Both the position numbers and the translations under genes were made by a program. From contig CM052817.1 of assembly GCA_028534125.1 (NCBI GenBank), forward strand, positions 13,952,001-14,016,000: a DNA stretch of 64,000 nt, written 5' to 3'. The DNA is from Lama glama (lineage: Eukaryota). Below the pieces are notes generated by a model. That model was given only the letters and a program-made list of their open reading frames with translations, did no database searches and was not told the DNA's origin. How positions within the stretch are numbered: the first letter of the stretch is position 1; each line of letters begins with the position of its first letter. Shown piece by piece: positions 48,947 through 61,299 of the stretch.

Positions 48947-49514
48947 TTCTATCTCTGCTATAAAAACATCATCTGTATCTATCTTACTTACTGACCCAAG
49001 ATACCTCTGAATCTCATTCAGATTTTGAGTAATTTTTCTGTTTCCAAGTATCCTAATCTTATACACAATTGTGCACATTAAATATTAATTTACAAACATA
49101 CATGTAATACAAGCACACACATATATGAAACATGAAGAATTTTCAAATGATCTAGCCAACATTTAATATGAAAAGGTGTTACAGACATATTCTGAAAATC
49201 TTAGACCAATTTCTAGCTACTGTGTATGAACCAAACAATAAGTGAATTATATACACTGTCCAAATGAGAAAAAAAAATTTAGATTTAGTGGAAAACATTA
49301 GCTTGGGGCATATGGTAATTGCAGTTGATTTGTTATGTATCAGAAATCAATGGACTAAACTATGACATGGCTTTAAGGTATCTAAATTTCTGTAATAATT
49401 TCATAAATAAAAATAGAAACTGCTAATATTATATTCTCTAAACTAGAACCTTTCAATGAAACACCCCAGCAGATATTTCTTTTCTACTATTGGAGTCCAC
49501 TGTATTAGGCAAGG

Positions 49515-49735
49515 AAGTACAAGGGTTGTAGGGTAAAGGAATCAGTCTTTGAAGCTGCACAGATGTGAATTGAAACCTTTACTCTGCCACCTACCAGCTC
49601 AGCAACTTGCTTATCTTCTCTAAACTTCAAAAGAATTAGTGGGATAATGTCTGTAAAGCAGCAAACATCGTATGTAGTAGTACATGGAAGTACCCAGAAA
49701 ATGTCAATCACTATCACTGTTATTGCTATTAGTCC
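49515..49735 (+). mobile_element. MIR SINE
   Basis: CTCTGCCACCTACCAGCT...TGTCAATCACTATCACTGTTATT. Confidence 0.55.
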
Positions 49736-50419
49736 AAGTATTAACTGCAAATATGCAAACTGCTTATAGTTGTTTGTTGGACCAGCCTGAGATCAGTTCC
49801 TTAACCATCAGGGGAGTCTCAGTCCATCACAGCTAGTGGCCTGTCATCTATTAAGACTTAAAGACTGAAGGCTTTGCTCTCCATTAAAAAGTCAACATTT
49901 CTCAGCCTCTTTTGCAGATAAGTGGTTAGTGTACTGGCTGAGAAGATGGAAAGTTAGAGGACTTTCTGAAGATATTTTATTTGGCTAAAAAGAAACTTCT
50001 ATAAAAAGGCACATTGGGACTTTTCTTATGCCTTTTCCTCCTAAACCAATAACACAGAGAATATAAATATTATCATCAACAAAACAGACAGAAATGTTTT
50101 CATAGTTATACTAAATGTTACTGGCTTTTTTTCCTTGCATTGATATTTGTACTAATGGTACGAAGTCAGAGGTAGGTAACCCAGCCTGTGTCTCAGCCGT
50201 GGCATCAGTCAAGCAGTATGAGACGCCACTGTGTTCTTCACCATCACAGACAGACAGAAAATAAGTAGGCCAGGCTCAGTTAACGATGTATTTAAAGAGC
50301 AATAAAAAGCATTACCTTTATTAAATCTCAACTCTTGAGAACATGTCTTTTTAATATTCTTTGTGACAAAATAGGAGGTATATAAATGGTATTTCTCTTG
50401 CCTGCTTAAGTATATTTGT

Positions 50420-50883
50420 CTCAAGAAATGACACTTGTATAATTGTTTGAAATGTGAGCTAAACTGTGACCTTTTTCAAGGGCCAACATTTTTACTTGGA
50501 GGAACAATTGACCAACTACAGTTATTCTTGAGAATGAACAGTGACCTGATCCTTCAAGGAAACAACAGACAGTACTTGCAGCTAATGATAAAATTTGAGC
50601 TTTCAAGCAAAAGTTAGAATTTTGGAAAACTCTGATCGGCCACCCTGGGCTTGGCAGTTCTGCAATACTTCAGTCTTTTCTGATGAAATCTGTAGTGATA
50701 TTAATGAATGTGATTTTTTGACATTGTATAATAAAATGCACAACTTTTGGAAAACATGCATAACTTAGTGACTCAGTGTTTCCCAAATGACCAGTAGATG
50801 TTATAATACATGCATGAATAAAAGATCAATGGTTCAAGATGGACCAAACAAATTTTTAGAGTAACTGCAAATTCAGTATGGTT
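50420..50883 (+). mobile_element. Charlie1-like hAT transposase internal fragment (decayed)
   Basis: GCTAATGATAAAATTTGAGCTTTCAAGCAAAAGTTAGAATTTTGGAAAAC...GTGATATTAATGAATGTGATTTTTTGA...CCAAATGACCA. Confidence 0.8.
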
Positions 50884-50889
50884 GTGACA

Positions 50890-51312
50890 AGTCTCTCCGC
50901 TCACCTCCTCTTTGCTCACTGCCTTCCAACAAGACTGGACTCCTTATGTTTTGCTTTGTTTTGGTTAACGTGCCTCTGGACTCAGCTCATGGTACTTCCT
51001 CTGCCTGGAGGACGGAGTTACACAGCAGGTCTTAACTTTATTCAGATCTATCCACAAATGCCCCTTTCATAGAGAACCACCTCTGACAGCTCTATTCAGT
51101 TTTCCTCACTCTACTAATAATTACTGGCCATCCCCTAACAAATCTGTTAAGTGTTGCCAGTCTTGTCCAAAGGGATGTAAGCTCCATGAAGCACGGAATT
51201 TGCTGATTTTGTCTGTCTTGTTCACCAGTGTTTACCACAGCTTTGAACAATGTCTGGGTTATATTATGTACTAAATAAATGGTGGTTGAATAAATGGATC
51301 AATGAATGAATA
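50890..51312 (+). mobile_element. L2 LINE 3' fragment
   Basis: ATGTAAGCTCCATGAAG...TCTTGTTCACCAGTG...TTGAATAAATGGATCAATGAATGAA. Confidence 0.75.
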
Positions 51313-52717
51313 AACATTATAAAGTTTAGTACTCTCAAGGTCAAAAGAGCTAAATAACTTGAAAAAACCCACACAGTGTTTTGGTGGCAAAGCTAGAATT
51401 GATATCAACTTAATGCGAGAGTCTAAACTCCTAACTAGTACAGTTTTCTACATTCTGAGTTCTCTAAAAATAAGTACCCATCCCTTCATTTTCCTTGGAG
51501 ATTTTATTTCTGGCCATACAAAATATAATTAATTTTAAAAGACTTGGGGTTTGTTTGTTTGTTTTTTGCTGTTGTGAGGTAAGTTGTTCCTCTTTCACTG
51601 CAAATATTTTAATTAAGGAGACAAAGAGTAAGATGTATAGTAAGTTGTAAGAACAGTTACAGACTATACAACCAAGCATAGGCGATCCAGAATGCTGGAA
51701 TAAAGTGGTTCAATAGATAAAAACTTACAGAATTGACCAATACTCACAGGGCAAAAAACAACAGAATCTCCATAGGATACAATTTTGAGTGTCTCTGGAT
51801 CATTCATAGGCTTATAAAATAGCTCAGAACACACAGACACAGAAACCTGATAGACTAAAAAAAAAAACAAGAAATGCCTATAGATATCAAAGATACCCAG
51901 GAATCATTTTGGTCCATTTCAAAATCTTACACTATTTTTACACAAATGTTTTAATCAAAGGGCAATGAGTGTCCTTTAGATCAAAGAACAACACAAGAGT
52001 ATCTTATTTACTAATATGACAGTATAAAAACATTGGCATTCAGAGACTTCCCAAATCCTTTGTCTTAATTTTCTCTCTTCCCCACTCAAGCAGTTCAATG
52101 TTGATCTGCTCAGGTTTTGGGGAACACTCTGTTTTGCACATGAGAATGTGTGAAGAGGCAAATTACAAGAATGAAATTTGGATTGATTTACGTTCTAAAG
52201 CTTCTAGAAGAGATCATAGAGGAGGAGGAGGGGCTTTTTGAGGAGGGTTTGAGGAGGAGCCATTGGGTGCAGTTCTTATGTTGTGAGGGTTTGGGGAGAA
52301 AGATTCTTGAAGGTATTTGGAAGATGTTTTGCTGTGTTCATTGCAACGTAATTGTTTTTGGTGCAGATTGTTTCAATTCAACTGTTTCAATGCAATGCAG
52401 CTTAATTATTCCTTTAGAACCTTTTTGAGCAATATTATGAAAGCCTAATTACTTTGCTGTGCTGGGTTGCATTTGGAACTACATTTATTTTATTTTCTAT
52501 GTAACAACCAAGGTATGGATCCTTGTCATAAACAGGCTTGGTGTAATTCTTGCTGTAGTGATTTGCTAACCAAATTTAATTTGTGGAGTTTGATCATATA
52601 TAGTATCGATATGAGCTATATTTCTTCTCACTTTTTCACTTATAAACATTGTTTTAGGTATGGCTTGGTTTACAGCCCACTGACATCCCAAATTTGTTTC
52701 TTTCTTCTGTGATTTTA

Positions 52718-53165
52718 GAGTTGTGCTGTCCAATATGACAGTCATCACTCACATACTATGAATGTGGCACTTTAAACATGGCAAGTGAGATTGAGAAACT
52801 TAATTTTTATGTTATTTTATTTAAATTTTAAATGTGGCAAATGAGATTGAAAAATTTAATTTTTATGTTATTTTATTTAGATTTTAAGGTGCATATTAAA
52901 TTTAGTTACTGGAAAACTTAAGAATTTTTATAACAGCATGTATGTGAATCTACTCTTTTTGGCCTATATATTTTATGAAATCTAAATACAGATCAGATAG
53001 TCCTAATGAAAATTAACCATATAAAGTGAGATATATAAAAGATACACACAATGTTGAAAACTTAGTACAAAAAAGAATGTAAAATATATTATTAATTTTT
53101 ATATTGATTATGTGTTGAAATAATACATTGGATAATTGGATGAAATAAAATCTTTTAACCTTTTA
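52718..53165. mobile_element. hAT-Charlie element (Charlie5/MER33/MER3-like)
   Basis: GTGCTGTCCAATATG...TATGTGAATCTACT...TTTTATGAAATCTAAATACAGATCA...ATATTGATTATGTGTTGAAAT. Confidence 0.75.
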
Positions 53166-53684
53166 ATATTGATTTGCTCATTCAACAAATACATAATGAG
53201 TATTTGCTATGAACAGGCATTATTATAGAAACAGAGATGGCAAAGACAGTCAACTCTTCACGGAAAAATGAGACTTGAATTTGCCTGTCTCACCTATAAG
53301 CGCCAAGGGTTTAAAAGACAGAACAAAGGAAGGAAGAAGGGTCTCAGTAAAGTCGGGGGCAGCGATAAAAACAAGCACTGGAAGAGTGGGAAGACCAGCC
53401 TGGTGGAACTGGAATACATTCTGAGAGAGTGAAAGAAAAAGTAAAACAGCACAGTTGTAATAAATGCAGTTGATGGGACTCCTTTTACTGGAGTACAGTG
53501 AACACACCAGGGTGTTCAGAAAGCCAGGAAACACAGAGAAAGCAGTCAAAATAGTATACTTACTCTACCCCGTTCAGTAACAGTGGAACTTAATTGAGTT
53601 AGATTTAGAGGTATTTTACCTAAAGAGGTGCTGGAGATTGAAGGAAATTATACTGAACATATTCCTGGAAAATGTAATTAAGGT

Positions 53685-54226
53685 TGTAGTGGTTTTAAAA
53701 TAGGTCTGCGAATTCTTTGACAGTTCTCCCTTCCAAAGGCGATGCTTACTTCCCCTCCCTAGGAAAGTAGGTCGGACTTAATGATTCCTTTCTAACCACA
53801 GAATGTAGCAGAAGTGACGAGCGATGAGACTTACAAGGTCATCAAAAAGATACAGCTTCTGCCTGGCTCTCTCTTTTGCATACTTCTCTCTGGGGGAAGC
53901 AAGCTTTCACGTTTTGAAGACTGTCCCATGGAGAAGCCCACATGGAGACTAACTGAGGCCTCCTGACAAAAGCTGGCACCACTTTGCCAGCCAGGAAGGT
54001 AAAACCATCTTCAAAGTGGATCACTCAGCCACAGTTAAGCCTTCAGATGACAGAAGCCTGGACCAACATTTTGATTGCAACCTCATGAAATATGGAGCCA
54101 GAACAACCCCAGCCACACTACTTCCAAATTCTGGACCTGCAGGAAACTGAAGTATAATTAAAGATGATAATTTTAAACCAATAAGTTGTGTGGTACTTAG
54201 TTATGCAGAAACAAATAACTGATACA
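53685..54226 (+). mobile_element. MLT1F-like MaLR solo LTR
   Basis: TGTAGTGGTTTTAAAAT...AACTGAGGCCTCCTG...AAGCCTTCAGATGAC...GCAACCTCATGA...ATAACTGATACA; about 540 bp. Confidence 0.85.
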
Positions 54227-55759
54227 AATATACTGCTTAAAATAAATGTATCCTATATTTTCTGACCTTTCAGATGCTCTGGAGGTACTTGACATGGGGA
54301 ATGTCAAGATGATGGTGCCACCTTGGCAGCAACAGCCTGGCAACATTGACAAAGGGATCAGATGGCCGAGAGGCAGACAGCACGGAAAGGTGACTGGGTC
54401 TATTTTAGTCTCCCAGAGTAGAGGTGACTTGGAGAAGGGCAGTGGTAGAGGAGACTGAGAAATAAAAAAGATGAAACCTACAAATGTCAGGAGTTTTTCA
54501 TTCAGAGATGACACCACATTTCTGAGCCAGGAGTATCTTAGTGGTTGATGTTGCCTTGGGTAAAATCCTTCCGGGCTTAGGAAGAGGGCTTCGGTTTTGA
54601 ATAGAGTAAAATTTAGGATAACGGACGCCTTGAGGATGGATAAGGGTAAAGAGTTTATGTTAGTGAAAAGTAAACTTTAATGTGATTGTCAATTTTTAAA
54701 AAGTAGCAGGAAAGTTAACTTTTGGATAGTGAGGAAAATTTATCAATATTTGGCCAATCATTTGGTTCACTTATGATGTATCTGGATCAATCCTGATGGA
54801 AAAATCTATTGATGGATCTTTGCCTGATTGATCTTATTGACATTACAAACTGTACATAAAGACTAACACCGCTGGTATTATCAAAGTACAGTGAAGGTCA
54901 AAGAAAGTGTCCTTCCTCAGTTCTTGTTAATGAGAAGTCAGGATGATCTTACCATCTCTTTCTCTATTTTCTTTCTCTTTTCCATTTTGTTCTTATTGAG
55001 TAGTTACAATCTAGCCTTCCATTCATTCATCATCATCACAGGCCTCCTCTTTCTTATCATCTTCATCAGAGAAGAAAGTGGAGGAGCTACATGTATAGAT
55101 CACAAATTACCTCCACGTACAGAGCACTTTACATATCAACTTCTCTTAGCTCTTAAATGCACAACTGCTTAAGAAAGAGATGCTAGATCTCATGTACAAA
55201 GGAGAAAACTTTGTAAGGGAAGTAAATTAATCGTCCAGAGCCTGGGGTGAAGACACTAAAGCCCGTGGTCTTGCCATTTCACAACTCTCGGATGACTGCT
55301 CATTATACACACAACCAGCGGCTACCAATTTGATTGCCACAGCTTTTGGAGAATAGGGACTGTAACTTCTGCTCCTGTGACTTCCTCCTTATCTCACTGA
55401 TTATTGTTAATCAACTGTTTTCATACGTTTATTTGACTTTTAAAAACCCAAAGGAACCATTAAAATTTGTGTATAGTTTCATTTTTGATTTTTCCAAAAT
55501 TTCCAGACACTTCATCATTCCCCAAGTCCAACACAATTTTCCCACAGTGGTGTATGACATTTTCCATTTTTGTGATTTTTTTTGTGTGGTGGTGGTGTTT
55601 CTTCTAGCTTTAATGTTACTTTTCTCCATCATCTCCCTGGAAAGTCCTTACTCATCCTTTAAGATTACAGGGCATATTGAAGTTGCCATGCAAGCATTCG
55701 CCTGCTCCTTTCCTATTTGTGTGGCTGCTCTGTGTTTGGGTAGGAGCGACCACAGCACT

Positions 55760-56265
55760 TTGCTTCAAAGATGGATCTTCATCATCAAAAGCCAGAGATC
55801 CTAGTGCCATCACCCTTGCTCTAACAGTGGGTGTAGGGCTGGGCAGGTAACTCAGACATATGCCAATTAATCCATGGCATTTCCTGGGTACAATAACTGG
55901 TGAAAGAGTGGGCAGTGGCTTTAGGTGGTCCCAGTAGACTAACTCTTGTATTTTTATTCAGTGGTTGGGGAAAACCAACTCTTGATACGGATGTTATGGG
56001 AGTAGGGTAGGCAGATATGAGATGTCGTCCTGGTGGAGCCACTTTCAAGCCGTGAGAGAAGCTAGCCTGAGGATCAGCTGCCACATGGAAGAGACCAGAC
56101 CCGAGAAACTCACAGAGACATGGGCATGGAGCTTTGATCTCTAGCTGTGAAGTCCTTTCTACTTCTGGCTATTTTTTAGCTACTTGAGCCAAGGCATTTC
56201 CTTAATCACTTGAGCCTAATTGAGTTGAGTTTCCCATTACTTGTAATTAAAAGCATCTTAAACAA
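55760..56265 (+). mobile_element. Old MaLR/ERVL LTR (MLT1K-like) nested in an L2 (about 55620-56540)
   Basis: AGCCTGAGGAT...TGAGCC...TTGAGTTGAGTTTCCCATTACTTGTAATTAAAAGCATCTTAA; L2-like flanks TACTCATCCTTTAAGA and CATGAGCTC...CAATATGTGAATGA. Confidence 0.55.
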
Positions 56266-56769
56266 AAATCCAGATAAAACTTAACTTCCTTTGTAAGGCT
56301 TCCCCAAATCTCTATAGGCAGGTCGGCTTACTGACCCTTCTTTTCTTCCCCAGAACTTTGCTTATACAGGACTCAGACTATTGAAAGTGTTGAATTGTAA
56401 CGAACTATTTTATTATCAGTTTCCCTGGTACACCATGAGCTCATTACGGACAGAGACCACATCCTATTCAGCATTATATCCCCAGAGCCTTGCACACTGC
56501 CCATTTCCCTCAGAACCTATCAATATGTGAATGAGCACATCTTCAGCTCCTTTTCCTTGTTCCTTATTTCAGCCACTGACAAGAACCAGTATGTTCAATA
56601 GCTGGGGAAAGTTAGAGTTTAAGGGAAGTGTTTGGACTCGTGTAATGCAGTCTGCAGTGGCTCAACCTATTTATTGCAGGGTTATTAGTTTCTGCCCCAA
56701 GCAATCTTCATACCAACTCCATTTCCTTTCAAAATGATCTACAGCTTCTGCAGAATAGACCACTTTCAT

Positions 56770-57330
56770 ATTCACTCATTCATTTTTTTCAGCAAGTATT
56801 TGTTGTATGCTCACCTTGTGTGAGTCACTGGTCTTGGGGTACAATAGTAAACAAGATACTTTCCCTTACAATTTTAGTAGGGGGAGTCAAACTATAAACC
56901 AAGTGTATAAGCAAAGTATAGAGTATGTTAGAGTATGGTGATTAAGTTTATAAAGAAAAAGCCAGGCGATGGTACAGGGTGTGCGGGAGGTGGCAGGACT
57001 GCAATTATAAGCAGAGTGATCAGGATAGCCTCACTGAGATGGGGACAACTGAAGGAGGCGACGAGATCTATGCACATCCTACAGAAAAGTCTTCAGGGAG
57101 AGGAAATGCGAAGTGCGAAGATACTAGTGCAGGAGCACCAGGTGTATGAGAGGAAACACCAGAAGGTCAGGGAGGCTGGAGCAGAGTGAGTGAGGAGGAA
57201 GTCAGTAAGGAGGGCAGAGAAGGATAATACCAGGAGGTAACGTAGATCTTCAGGCCCCTGAACTTGTCTGACTGGCTTTTTAATCAGAGTAAATTAAGAA
57301 GCTTCTGGAAGGATTTAACAGACAACACAG
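56770..57330 (-). mobile_element. L2 LINE 3' fragment
   Basis: ATTCACTCATTCATTTTTTTCAGCAAGTATTTGTTG...GATCAGGATAGCCTCACTGAGA...GGCTGGAGCAGAGTGAGTGAGG. Confidence 0.8.
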
Positions 57331-59366
57331 GATGACAGACTCACCATTAGAAGTCTGGAGGGCAGAGCCATGTGCATTATTCTGGGGCTCAGAAAAGCAT
57401 CTGCCTAGCTCCACACAGGGAGGCTTTATCTAATTAGTATTTGAATTTCATATCAAGTTGCTCTGTTTCCTTCTAATGAAGCCCAATGTATTTAATTCTT
57501 ATTAAATATTTTAGTTAACATGTCAGTCATACACTTTTTAATACAAGGAGAAAGGCATATAAGTGGAAATAACATACACAGAGTTTCAAATTATGAGTAA
57601 CTTGGTAGAGGGACTAGAAGGCATCTTGTAAAGATACGGAGTGTCTAATGTTTCACTTTGTTTTTCCTGGGAGAGGACTGCACAACAGAACCACCTTTCT
57701 ATTTTCTCCTCTTGCAGGCCTGCTGCCTGTGACTGATAGCTATTAAATTAGGTTTTACCTCCCCAGCTTGGTCTAGATTAAATACATTTATAGCACAGCA
57801 AGCCACCGAGAAACAAAGGAACAAGTGGCAATTACTTTGTCTATTTTGGTCTTCTTCATAGTTAATCATCATTTAAACATGCAAAGGAAAATGGCTTGAA
57901 GACAGGACAAAAGGAAAATGAATGAAGGGCACTGAGCATTAAACACGTTTAAAGCTCCCCAAATTCACAAATATACAACAGTACCTGCATATATTTCTTA
58001 ACAGAACTAAATTAAAACACAGAAGCAGGGGAGGAATCCTGTGGAACATGTAAGTTCATTGGGAGTGATCTGCATTATAGATCTGTTTCCCACCACGTCA
58101 GGGGAAAGTATGTCAGTCCTGCTTGGGGAGAAATGATTTGGGAAGAATTCCACTTGTCCAGTATACCAGGCAGAGGGCAGAATCACATGGTCCTCAACAG
58201 TGATGCCAAGGTTACTACTTTGAAACGAGTAGGTCAAAGTCATGCTAAAAGGAGGAATATTCTTTCCCCCTGTGAAATTGTGTTTTCTTTAGAAAAAAAA
58301 ATGAATCATATTTGCTGCAGCAAAGTATGTTTGCCTTTGGTGTTTCATAAGGACACAGATGGCAGTCTCCCCTCTTTGAAAGACTGAACAGAAACTGTAA
58401 CACCCATCATTACTCTGTCCCTCATGAGATCGGGGGCCCCCAGGCCCACAAAGTCTGCATGCAAGGAAGCCATATTTAACATCCTGTCCAAACATTAGGG
58501 AAGAGCTTACAAAGCACAAGGAAGTTGAGAAGTTGAAGACGTGCCTTTCCACCACATGTAGGAAAGTTAGAATTCCTTGACATGTAACGAAAGGAAGGGA
58601 TGCCAGACAAGGGACTTGAAAAGAGACTGTGGGAAGGTAAAAGAAAAGCAGGAGAAAGTGGAAGTCCATGTGGGGTAATTTCTAAGGGTCTAAAATGTGT
58701 GACTTTCTTTCCCAGTTTTATGGTATTAAAGAATAAATTAGTTAAATGTAGTAGCATCACCAAGTCCTTTTCCTTTCCTTTCTGTTGAAAAGAGGACAGA
58801 AAAGCTCATGATCTCCTGGAGGGACTCAACCAGAGCAGGATCCAGTCTGCAGGTTGCCCTAGCCCAGCCCATGTGATGTACCAACAGAGAACGCTTCCGA
58901 ACAGCAAAGTTCTTCCCTAGCAAGGGAGGTCATGAAGCAGCTTTTTGATTTTTTTTCTCTCTGTGGGGAGGCAAGTAGGGCCTTTATACATCTGTTCACA
59001 GATAATAGCAGGGCCATACAGAAACATACAGAATTCCACTTTTTATGGTAGATGCCAAGCTTTCAGTTAGCGTTGGAGCCATTGGTCCAGGGCATACACT
59101 TTTTGAGATTGTCTCACCTACGTTACACATTAGAACAGCTGATGGAAATGAGCATTTAAAGGAAGGCAGAGGCAGGAACCCATACTCCTTAATGGCACAG
59201 TTGTCTACGCTTTTGGACCTCTATACAGAAACTCAAAGAGGAGTAGAACAAAGGAATTCCTCTAGAAAGCGGTAATGAGAACATGTTTCTACCCCTGCTT
59301 TATTTATCTGGATAACTGTTAAGTTTAAAACTGTGATGGGTCTGTGATGTTATAATCTATCTCTCT

Positions 59367-59404
59367 ACACACACATACGTACATGTACACACACACACAC
59401 ATAC
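59367..59404 (+). repeat. Interrupted (AC)n repeat
   Basis: ACACACACATACGTACATGTACACACACACACATACA. Confidence 0.8.
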
Positions 59405-59409
59405 AGATA

Positions 59410-59869
59410 GGAACAGGGGACTTCTGGGTGAGGGAACAGACTGTTTACTCACAGAGCAGCCTGCATCAGTTCTTCATGCCCAAACATGATGCTGCAGGAG
59501 CCAGTGCCCAGTGCAGACACTGGGGTTAGTACCACAGGAAATGAACCCCAGAATTATGAAACTGGGAACTTACACAGGGTGGCTCTGCCATCTGGCCCTC
59601 TGCCCCTCTGGAGAGAGAAAAGGCAGCTTTTGCTCTGCAATGTAAAAATTCACATGGGTGGATGGAAGGGGGAAAGTCTTGATTACAACATCCTGGGATG
59701 TAACCAAGTGTCTCTGGGGCAGAGATCACACAATTTATTTCTCTCTGGAGCTCTCCACCTTGACGGCTGCTAGTCAATCAGCCTTTAACCCAGGTGCCAA
59801 GGTTCTTTGTTCAGAAAGCCCTACTTGTGCAGAAACATGAAAATATTCGTGGGTAGTTGGTTCCTCACA
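59410..59869 (-). mobile_element. Possible ERVL-class LTR (MER73/MER74/MER54-like)
   Basis: ACAGACTGTTTACTCACAG...GGAAATGAACCCCAG...TCAGCCTTTAACCCAG...TCCTCACA; family assignment uncertain. Confidence 0.4.
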
Positions 59870-60379
59870 AAAGCAGGGATGATAAGAACTATCTTCTTGT
59901 GAGTATGGTTTGAAGCTAGAATGAGTTCATTCAGAGATGGAGATAAGAAGCTCAAGCCAGGAAAGAGATGAAGTCAAGGTGAACCTCCTCCAGCTCCTGA
60001 GGCAGCAGCCAAGCCCGGGCAGGGCCTTCCGCTAGGGAGTCTGCACCTGTACCCCACACCGCACCCCTCCTAGAACGTGAACCTAGGCGGACGCCTCCTG
60101 CTGCAACTGCCATTCTGCCAGGATTGTTCTCTTTTCCACACAATTTTATAATGAGAAACAGAAACCATTCATAATGGTATTCCTAGGTCTAGTACCAAAC
60201 ACAGTATCTGGAGTGTGAAAAGTGTTGAAAAATTAATGATCTAGAGTATTAATTATCTGTTTCCACCCCAAGTCATAGCTTTCTAAATAGTTTCCTAGAG
60301 CATATTCCTGATTCCAAGGTATGATATATACAGTATGGTGGTGATGATGCTGGTGATGCTGGTGATTTTGGTGGAAGAG

Positions 60380-60660
60380 CATGGAGAGCATTAAGTGTAC
60401 AACCAGATGATTATTTTGGTTATACTGAGTCAGAGAGGACTGAGTTTACTACCACTTTAACCACAAGTTTGGTTTTTTTTTAATTTTAGAAGCCATTGCA
60501 TATCCACATAGTAGAAATAATGATAAAAATAACAATATCTACTGTATCTAATAAAATAATATCTACCTTAGAATACCTAAATGAAATGATACATGCACAG
60601 TACTTAGCATGGTAGCAACTTAGCAGGGCTCAAAAGTCATTAGGTATTGTTACTTATCGT
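60380..60660 (+). mobile_element. MIR SINE
   Basis: AATAATATCTACCTT...TAAATGAAATGATACATGCACAGTACTTAGCATGGT...GCTCAAAAG. Confidence 0.6.
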
Positions 60661-61299
60661 TTTTGATTTTTGTTTTTAAAAACGGTAAATAAAGCACAGG
60701 AGGACGAGCAAGCAAAGTAAACAATTGAAATTTTTTTTATTTGATTCTATTTGGCTCTGCTTTGGCTTTGCTAAGTCACTGTTATAACCAGTCCAAAAAA
60801 AGAGGAGATAGGTTGTGCAGAAGAGACCAAATCCTCCAAATGAATCTCAGTACATGCAGAAATTACACTGCATGCAGCAGTTAGATTTGGGCAGTGACGG
60901 ATGAATAATTACAATGGAGCTGTAACTTTGATTTTCCTTCTGAATTTGCACAGGAGTTATTCTGATGTCAAAAATAATTACAAGCAGAGAGACTTCAGTT
61001 GTAGCTTTGACATTATGCACGAGCTGGGTCAGACCTCACACAAGTGCTACAGACTCACTATTCTCTGTTTGTAAAAGCTGCCCCATGTGGCCTCGTGAAA
61101 TTGACAGTGTCACTGACTGTCTACCTAACTGCCAAGGTCAGGTGAAATGCTCCAAGTTCCACTAAAAGAAACATACCAAAATATTACCATAATTGAGGAA
61201 TGCATTGCCATCAATATCTTGGGTTTTATTTTTTTCAATTCAACTGTTTAAAAATATAAAATTAAAAGGACAAAATATATCTTATTTAAATCTTGCTTG

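Noticed and set aside
55334..55804. 156-aa hydrophobic ORF resembling a membrane protein
   Set aside because: TTG start, T-rich composition, and the 3' half overlaps L2/LTR sequence.
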